A DNA stretch of 63,845 bases, the filler included, from Bigelowiella natans CCMP2755 (Eukaryota > Protista > Cercozoa): the NCBI GenBank assembly GCA_000320545.1. It is 5 parts of 5 records of this genome, joined end to end, with 100 filler letters (N's around TTAATTAATTAA, not from the genome) between each part and the next. Parts side by side here need not be neighbours in the genome. Positions count along the whole stretch, not along the records: positions 47,603 to 61,639 come from ADNK01000486.1; positions 61,740 to 63,845 come from ADNK01000389.1; 3 more parts are not named here. One strand, written 5' to 3'. Shown here piece after piece: positions 55,788 to 63,845 of the stretch. The notes beneath the pieces are model-generated. The model searched no databases. It was not told where the DNA came from and saw nothing but the letters and a program-made list of their open reading frames with translations. Each line of letters opens with the position of its first letter. Within the stretch, counting starts at the first letter, position 1. A program made the translations under genes and the position numbers.

Positions 55788-58700
55788 AGACGGATGTGAT
55801 GAAGAATTAAATTTTTTCAATGGTCATCCTGATGTAGCTGTGCAATGCAGCGGCTACAGCGCTAATGTTGCATCTGTTGGTTTCTGCCACAATGTGTTTC
55901 ATGCATTTGAAAGCGTCCTCATGCGACCGATGTTGCCGCGCACTGCGCGCAGCAGTTCTGGAGTCCTTTTCAGCCTTGGTCAGCCGATTCGTGTCGTCGT
56001 TGCGATTCATGATCGCGCGCATTTGATTGCGCAATCTGATTTGTTCTCGACTGTGTGTTGGACATTGCAGGAGATGATCCATGTCCTTCAGGATGCCACA
56101 TGCATCGCACGTGGCATCTTCCTCTGTGCATTGTCCACGTGAGAACATGAATTTTCCAAGATTGCCGACACCACAGATGGCGCGCATCCATGATGTAGCA
56201 ACACTTGAAAGTTTCAGTTTGATGCCAGTGATTGAAGATGACGGGAGGAATCCAAGACTCTTGAGATGCACAGCGCGCAATGAATCATTGGACGCTTCCT
56301 CTTCGAATTCGTTGAAAGCACAGGATTTCATCACCTTGTGATGTTTTTTCAGTTCTTTTTTCAGCGCCTCTGTTGTCGCCATGACGGTGGGCAATTCGTC
56401 ACCTGACAAATCGTCAGTGATCGATTTGAGCCGACGAAACAAGGATGCTTTGTTCCATGCATTTGTGGGCACATCAATCCACGATGTGCCTTCTGGTGTT
56501 TTTCGATTTTCAATGATGAAGCCATGACTGCTCCAATCATTTGTTCCCTCATGGATTTGAGGACCGCCACCTGTGTCGATCCATGCATTGGTGCGCAACC
56601 ATGATTTGGCACACTGCACTTTGGTTTGATGTCGGGGTGGCAACGTGCCAGTGAGGACGTGGGGGACGTCGTTGGAGATGGATCCAGGCAATCCCAATGC
56701 ACGTTTCAGGGTTTGGGATTCCATGGAATCCATCTGTTTCATTCGCATGTTTCTTCGTGATCTCCATGTTGGAGCTGCGCATCTGCTGGATGCAAGGAAC
56801 CATGATTTGCAAAATTTCAGTCTGACATTCAGCGGCACAAGGTGTCTGGAACAACACAACCTTGACAAAAACCTTCGCTTCTTTTGCAATCTCAGGTGAG
56901 AAGCAAGAGCATGTTTTTCAAAGGTCAATTTGTTGTCGAAGATTGGTCCGAGACATCTGCCGCTGTCGACTCTTTTCACTTTGCCTTTGCAGATTGAGAG
57001 AGATGTTCCAGGAGGTTTGGTGTCGGTGGGCTTCGTTTCTTTTGTCAATTGCAAGGTGCCCGCTCTTGTCCCCATTGAATCGCATCCGCCATTTCATGCA
57101 CCAGTCCGTCACTTGGTTCAGGTCGGCCTGGATGTCACCTTGCATTTTCCCCCATCGGTTTGGCGAAAACAATTTGCAGGGGGCAACGTCGTCACAGCAC
57201 ACTTGGAAATCTGTGTTGGCAATTTGTTCGCAAGTGTCGCAATGGGTTGTGAAAAGGAAACAGCTGAGAGATGATCCTTCGGGGACGCCGCTCCCAAGGT
57301 TCATGTGCTCAGAGAGAGTGTTGCCAAATCTGAACCTGGCGGTGCGATCTCTGAGCCAGTCGTCGATCCACAGCAACAGCGAGCCTCGTGTTCCGCACTT
57401 GTCATGCAACTTGCGTGTCATGCCGGAATGCCAGGCTTTTGGACAAGCTTTGGAGGCATCTGTGAACAACGTGATGGCTGCAAGCTTTTCATTGTGTGCT
57501 CCATCCTCGATTGACTGCGTCATCTTTGTGAGTGCAGTTTCGCAGGATCGATTTTTCATGAATGCATGCTGATGCATGCCAATGTTTTTGGGAGTCATGG
57601 CTTCGCGGAGCCGTTGCTCTGTTGGTTTGTCTTCTGTTTTTGAAGCCATTTGCAGGAGAGAAACAGTTCTCCCGTTGAGAGGGGTGTCAAGTTCTTTGTT
57701 GGCCTTGGGGATGAGACAAAAAATGGCCGCCTTGCGTGAGCCATCTTTTTGGGCACCCCATCCATGTGACACGTTGAACATGGCCAACCACAGTTCATGG
57801 AGTTTTTTGCTTTTTTTCAACACGTTCAGGTGAACACCATCATCGCCAGGAGACTTGCACGGTGATGCTTTGTTGATCACGTTTCTCAGTTCATGCATGG
57901 AAAAATCTCTGTTGTGTGAATCAATGCTGTGAATCTTTTTGTCTTCACTTTCCCTGAAGGTGTTTCTCCAGGCCTCAGTTTCAGCGTGAAAGGTTCGATT
58001 TTTCTTGTCAGACGGGTGTGGTTTGTGGACACGTTTCCATTTCGCAACACACACTTCACATTTTTCATCTTCAGAGGTTTCGCCGTCGAGTCCTCCGAAT
58101 TCATCCCGCCCTCTGGATTTTTGGAATGATTTGCACAGCACTCTGGTGTGATTCCCATTGTTGCATTTTTCAAAGCGAGACAAGAACAATTGCCATGCTT
58201 CGCACTGAAGGGTTTCGGTGGTTCGTTCAAGTTCAGCGTTGATTTCTTGGATCTTGGTTTCTGCCAATTTTCTCTTCCGAAATTTCCTTTCGTGTTTCAA
58301 GGATCCAAGTGATTTTTCTTGTTGATCTTTGATGGATTCACATTCTTTGTCGTTTTGGTGTGGCTTGATTGGACTCCAACGTTGTCGTTTTTTTGGTGTG
58401 CAACCATCAAAAGCTTTTCCGGTGAAGTCCCAGAACCAGCGTTCAAGCTTTTTTGCATCAGCCTCCGATTGAACGTTTGGCATGCGCTGGTGCAAGTGTT
58501 CGGTGATGTTGTTCAATTTTTCGTCAAATCGTTTTGCATCAAACTTGTCGATGTCATGCATCATTGGTGAAGTCTGCTGATGGATTGCCGCAGGTTTTCC
58601 AAAGTGGACACCGAAATGGTCACTTGTCGTGGTGTGGGCCATCTGATGTTCTGTTTGGTGTGCGAAGTTTGAGGAGCACAGCACACGATCAAGTGTGCTT

Positions 58701-59222
58701 GTGTTTCCTTTTCTGAAACACGTGGCTTCCCCAGGGTTGATCATCACGATGTCATCATCCGATGACCACTGGTGCAGGTGTCTGCCACGTCTGTCTTCTT
58801 GGTTTCGGACATCGTGGGTGGAGTGCTTGGCGTCAGTGTCCCCCACGATGATGTGTTTTTTCCATTTCTGTTTCCGAATGATGTTCATTGTGAAATCTGA
58901 TCTCTCTTTCAGATGTGAGATGTTTTGGTGTGGCTGGAGGTCTGGAGGTGCACCATTGTGACAGCACATTTTTCAATGCTGTGTGTGAAAAAACCAATGT
59001 CGCAGCTGTTGTCATCCATGGGCATGTGAATCACATCTGTGTTCTTTTTTCTCAATCCAAAGCTCCCAGAGGAGCCGTTCGTCCGAATCACTTCGTGTCC
59101 CGCTGGAGGATGCAGCCTCTCCGACTCTTTGAGGCGGCCTTCCCCAAACCAGGCGAGTTCGATGTTGTTGGTGGTCATCATTTCTTTCAACATGTCACAT
59201 CTTCTGTTCATTCTTTGCCTGC
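55788..59222 (-). mobile_element. Non-LTR retrotransposon (LINE) ORF2: APE endonuclease, reverse transcriptase and CCHC knuckle; 5'-truncated, frameshifted and hypermutated
   Basis: APE motifs IIVGDTDAKH, TLD and SDH; RT motifs KSPGDDG, LIPK, GRTVSLL, QHAF, DASKA, GVPEGSSLS, CCDD and CLG; knuckle CDACG...HLLQC. Frameshifts near 58970 and 56990. Flanked by CTGCTGCTATG (55777-55787) and CTGCTGCCATG (59223-59233). Confidence 0.95.
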
Positions 59223-59637
59223 CTGCTGCCATGATGACAACATGATGCACCGCAAAGCTTTGCGTCGTCGATCACGAATGTGCAGACACACACATGCCAG
59301 CATGTGTGTGTGTGTGTGTGTGTCATGTTGTGCATGCCCATGGAGACTCAAGTCTCCATGTTGATTCACAAGCCTCCACATGCCACGTCATCCGCTGGCC
59401 CGCGCACATGCATGATGGACCATCTAGGTGTGTGCGGTACGATGACGGTGAGGTACCCCAAAACTGTGATCCCATCATGCCACAGTGACTAGCACCATGT
59501 GCATCAGTCAGAAGCCTCATGATCGTAGCCCACGTACATGTGTACGTACGCACGCACCCTGCAGTCATTGTGAAACATGAACGGGGCTGCAGAAGCTATT
59601 GTGGCGGTGTCTAAGATGATGTAACATTTGATCTTGT

Positions 59638-60747
59638 CTACATTCTCGCTACATCATTATAGATACGATAGTTTTTGTAGCCAGTTTCGGGGGTACCATC
59701 CTCAACCCCCCAATTGATAGGCGGCTGGAGAGCCAAAGACCCGCGAGGTTTAACCCACACCACGGCCCTTTTCTTCCTTGGACGGTTCATATGAAGATGG
59801 TTTGAGACAGGATCCTCCTGGCTGGAGGAAACAACTGCAGTTGTTTCACGAACTGTTAGAGATTGTTTCCTAGTGTTGATACCTTTCCAATTGTTGATTC
59901 TACCCCACTTCGGGCAAACCAGGTAATCAACTGATCTCTTAGAAGTTTGGACCATCCTCCTTCTGGTCTGTGGAGCCGCAGAAACTGCTTTACTTCCCCC
60001 ATGATTTAAAGAAGCCATGGGATGCTCTTTTGCAAGTGTTTCCCACACAGGTGATTTTTTTTCTTGGACGGAGGCAAAGGGGTCGTGGAATGCGGTCAAA
60101 GTTCCTGGAGTAACCGCCCTCGGATGGATCATTCTTCTCTTCACGGAGCGGGGCATTGGCACTAAGAGTTGAATTGAATAAGATCATAAAGATCAACTTG
60201 ATTTTAATATCTCAACTACCTTGTTTGGCAAAATGGGGTTCTGAATCCTTGTATGAAGCAGAATTAGGGGCGAATCTCCGCGATCCTATCGGTCAACACC
60301 AAAACTTAGTGATTGGAAAAAAATTAGAGAAAACTTCAGCATACCATAGTCAAGATGTTGATTGGAAGGCGCTCCCTCTGTCCAATACATTAATCTTCTC
60401 CCGCCTGGAGCATATGGTTGAGGAACTCTTGCGCGGTAATACGCTTGCTTCGGTATACAATTTGGAATCTCGATTCTCTGCACCCTTTGCTGGACTGGGA
60501 TTTTCATTGGGCCTCTCTCATTAATAGGATAACCGAAACTTGATCCTAGATGATTGGTGCTACCTGTGCTGGTTCTTGCATCGCTCATGACTTCTACCTT
60601 TGGCTGTCTGATCTTCCAAAGCTTTCTTGCTTGGAGACTTTGATGAGTTGTTGGAATTGCTAAAACCCCTCGAACTCGAGGCCTCAACTCCATTGCTTCG
60701 TCTCTGTAACGAATCATTCCGGGACGTCTTCGCTCAACCGGTCTCAT
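59638..60747 (-). CDS. Hypothetical basic Pro/Arg-rich protein, probably with short introns
   Basis: Two long ORFs (60286-60747 and 59638-60162) on the same strand, with normal TA content; no family recognised. Confidence 0.45.
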
Positions 60748-61639
60748 TGTCTATTTCCCCCAACAACAACCGCGAGAGGGAGAGAGAGAGAGAGAGAGAG
60801 TGAAGACCGCTTTGTTCTTTTCACATGAAAGAGGAGCTGAACCTATGATACGCATTTAGGCTTAAATGCACGAAGATCATCAATCAGCGACAATGAAAAT
60901 CTCAACCTTCAGGAAATTCCCCCTGTTGTATGTAGCGCAGTCCCCCATGTCTTACAGTTACGATTATGGTCCCGAATACACATGATGCGACAAAATACTG
61001 TGAAAAACACTGCAGTTTACGATAATTTGTCTGCAAAATGAGACTAAGACATTCATTTCCAGGTTTTGTCGCATTATCTTGCATACCCCCTCAACGGTGC
61101 ATCCTGGTGTAACGATGCATCTAGATGCACCTCGCAAGCGTGTGAGAGCAGATCAAATTCAAATAGGGGGCTTTGGTTTTGCAACTACGACAACTCATTT
61201 CACCGAGGAAAGTCGCAAATCCCCGCCTTCACATTTTGTGATCTCTGTGTTTGAAAATGTCATGCGCTGCATCGCGCCAATTTTTTCCGAGTGTAGATCT
61301 AGATCTAACTCTGAATCTTGAACACCGATCCATGCATCCTTCATCTGGCTACCTGGTCACCGGTGGCTGGGGCGACATGTCTATGTGGTTCTGGCGCATG
61401 TAGTTTTGATCAACGCTTTCTTCATTGTTCATTGTTCATTGTCTGTCTGTCCCACCAGTGTCCAGGAATGTGATTCAAGGGTAGGAGGTGACCAAACCCC
61501 CCGCCCCCCACCCCATTCCTTCCTTCAGGGGTAATTGCATCAGGCCCTTGTTTTTTTCGCTTTGTATCATTCCACACCCTAGAAAAACAAAATATATATA
61601 TCGATTTATATCTATGTGCGAGTGTGTGGGCGTTCCCTT

Positions 61640-61739
61640 NNNNNNNNNNNNNNNNNNNNNNNNNNNNNNNNNNNNNNNNNNNNTTAATTAATTAANNNNN
61701 NNNNNNNNNNNNNNNNNNNNNNNNNNNNNNNNNNNNNNN
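61640..61739. other. Assembly gap (N run with TTAATTAATTAA spacer)
   Basis: 100-bp N block. Confidence 0.97.
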
Positions 61740-62007
61740 CCCCTTTTTTCTTCCCCCCCTCTGATGCTGCTGCACTTGTTCTGTTTGTCCCGTAATACAA
61801 CACGGCGGTTCGTCCTTTGGCGTTCTATCCGTTTCTTTCGTCTGCAGCCGGTCGTTTCCGACAACAGCAACTTCATCGTCGACGCCGATTTCGGCTTGAT
61901 TGAGGACCCGAGCTCCTTAAACACGTACGTCGGATTTTTCTCCATTGATAGGCTCGTATCGCATTTTCCGCATCCTCCTCCAGGCGGAAGATGTTCTGAA
62001 AATATAA

Positions 62008-62049
<42 letters not shown>

Positions 62050-62569
62050 AAAAAGGCGATCATATATATTCGCCCCTTTTTTTGGGCGCTGTGTTGTTGA
62101 AACTAGCGATGGTTAGTTGCTGCCCTTGGTGCAGCAGCGGATCAAACATTTCTAGCTGTAAGGGTAACCCCCCCCCCCCCTTACTCCGCCACCACGCTTA
62201 TCCTGAACAATGGTCACAGGAAACTGCAAATGCTGCCGGGGGTTGTGGAGGTGGGCTTGTTTTGCGGCATGGCTATCAAAGCGTTCTTTGGACAAGAAGA
62301 TGGCTCCGTCACGACGCGCACGCTGTAGCTTTGTTTCGGTGTACAATGGCAGTAGTAGTAGTAGTAGTAGTTGTTGTTGTTGTTGTGAAGGAGAGGAGGG
62401 CGGAGTGGTGGTAGTGGTGGTAGTCTAGACAGTGGTAGTAGCACGTTTCTTGCGAGCGCCGTGTGTGTGTCGTATAGCATGTTGTTTCCAAGTAGGCGAT
62501 TTCTAGCATAGCATAGCATCGTATAGTCATGTAGAACAAAATAAGCTCTAAGGCTAGTAGCCATGTAGA

Positions 62570-62680
62570 AGACGGATGTAATCAATTGAATTACATTTGT
62601 TCAATGGCCATCCTCATGTAGCTGTGCAATGCAGCGCTAGAGCGGCTACAGCGCTAATGTTGAATCTGTCGGTCTCCGCT
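62570..62680 (-). mobile_element. 3'-end fragment of the LINE family
   Basis: agacggatgtaat...ttcaatggccatcctcatgtagctgtgcaatgcagcg...gcggctacagcgctaatgttg is homologous to 55788-55880. Confidence 0.8.
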
Positions 62681-63368
62681 TTCATGGCGCCATGTATCGA
62701 AAGCAATGCCATATAAAGTCCGCCTTAGCTTTCATTTTGATGCAAAGCAGGCATGTAAGACTTGTGTGCAATGAAGCACTCACATTCGCACATACATCGC
62801 ACACGTACACCGCTAGACCGTATGAACGGTCTGACTGGCGGATCGTAATCATCATGCATGTGGTGCTAACGATGCAACACATGTGCTACGCGTACGTACA
62901 TCACCAAGCTGTAGCAGAGCTAGCAAGTTTCGCAGGTCTAGACAGAGGTGCTGCGATGCTGATGCTGTGCTAATTTGCAAGCTGGCTAGCTGGCTAGCTG
63001 GTGAATTCGCAATAATGACGTGGTACGACGATGAATCGTCAGACGGATAGCAGACGACTCTGATAAGCGCGTGCTCACGCAATGCAATGCGCAGCACAAT
63101 TAAAACGTATGCGCAAACACAAATTGTTAATTTGTTGACATCCAGCCGATTTTTAGATGAACTTCTAGACTTTACCGACGATACGCAGCAGATCAACATC
63201 GCGCGGCGGCAGTATTCGAGGTGTAGCAGCAAGTAGCGCGCGTACCCGCGTTAATCGCACAACATACAGCCAAAATAACCGACCAGAGTCGAGATTTATA
63301 TTCTTTTATATAGTCACAATAAACTCGTCACACATCTAGACATGGCGATAGATACGAGAGAAAGCTGA

Positions 63369-63413
<45 letters not shown>

Positions 63414-63446
63414 GGAGAGGGAGAGGGAGAGAACGAGAGGAAAGGT

Positions 63447-63490
<44 letters not shown>

Positions 63491-63845
63491 AAGTTTGTAT
63501 TGAACAAGTTTTCTCCTCTATCTCTCACCCACACTTTGGTCCTTATTCTTCTACTTCTTCCCCGTCTACATTCGTTCCCATCGTGATATTAAATCGGGAG
63601 ACAACGCCTCTCGCACACCATCTTGGCAAACGACCTAGAAGCCACCGAACACATACACATGCGTGAGGAGGGGGCGGGGGGGGGAAAGACATGTCTGCGT
63701 CTAGGATAGCGGCGGTGGTTGTGGTTGGTGATGATGACCTCCCCATGTGGCGACAAGATCTTCAGCATCGGTATACCACGCATCCCAAATCTGAAGATGA
63801 TACACGCAAACAAAAAGGCGAGGGGGGGGGGGAGGGGGGGGAATA

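Noticed and set aside
55807-58969. Possibility that the LINE is active or uses a variant genetic code without Tyr
   Set aside because: It has frameshifts, a 5' truncation and damaged motifs. Leu and Ile codons and non-coding flanks are affected too, so the effect is at dinucleotide level rather than codon level.
55788-59222. CpG methylation decay or classical RIP as the cause of TG/CA excess
   Set aside because: CG remains common and TA is what is missing; RIP would increase TA.

Overview
Eukaryotic nuclear scaffold with GT-AG introns, many microsatellites and four N-gaps carrying a TTAATTAATTAA spacer. A nucleus-encoded plastid rpl24 with a signal peptide plus transit peptide points to an alga with a secondary plastid, probably a chlorarachniophyte (Bigelowiella-like; inference). 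Recognisable genes: mitochondrial ATP synthase b, mitochondrial uS17, a triple RidA/YjgF-like protein, DNAJC1/ERdj1, ELAPOR/KIAA1324-like, AstE/aspartoacylase family, a TDY MAP kinase, an ABCB C-terminus, plastid uL24, BRX1, APC4, V-ATPase c'', an NHL-repeat protein and several hypotheticals. Main finding: transposon-derived DNA has been almost completely stripped of TpA. By manual reading, 55865-59424 (about 3.5 kb, mostly an APE-RT LINE) has a single TA. Conserved RT motifs show both TA>TG and TA>CA changes (YLGL>CLGP, YxDD>CCDD, KYGIRG>KCGTRG). Sibling copies keep TA at homologous positions, and the two target-site duplications differ by one TA/CA change. This suggests a post-insertion, double-stranded, repeat-targeted A-to-G hypermutation process, the mirror image of fungal RIP. 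All counts were made by eye and need computational confirmation.
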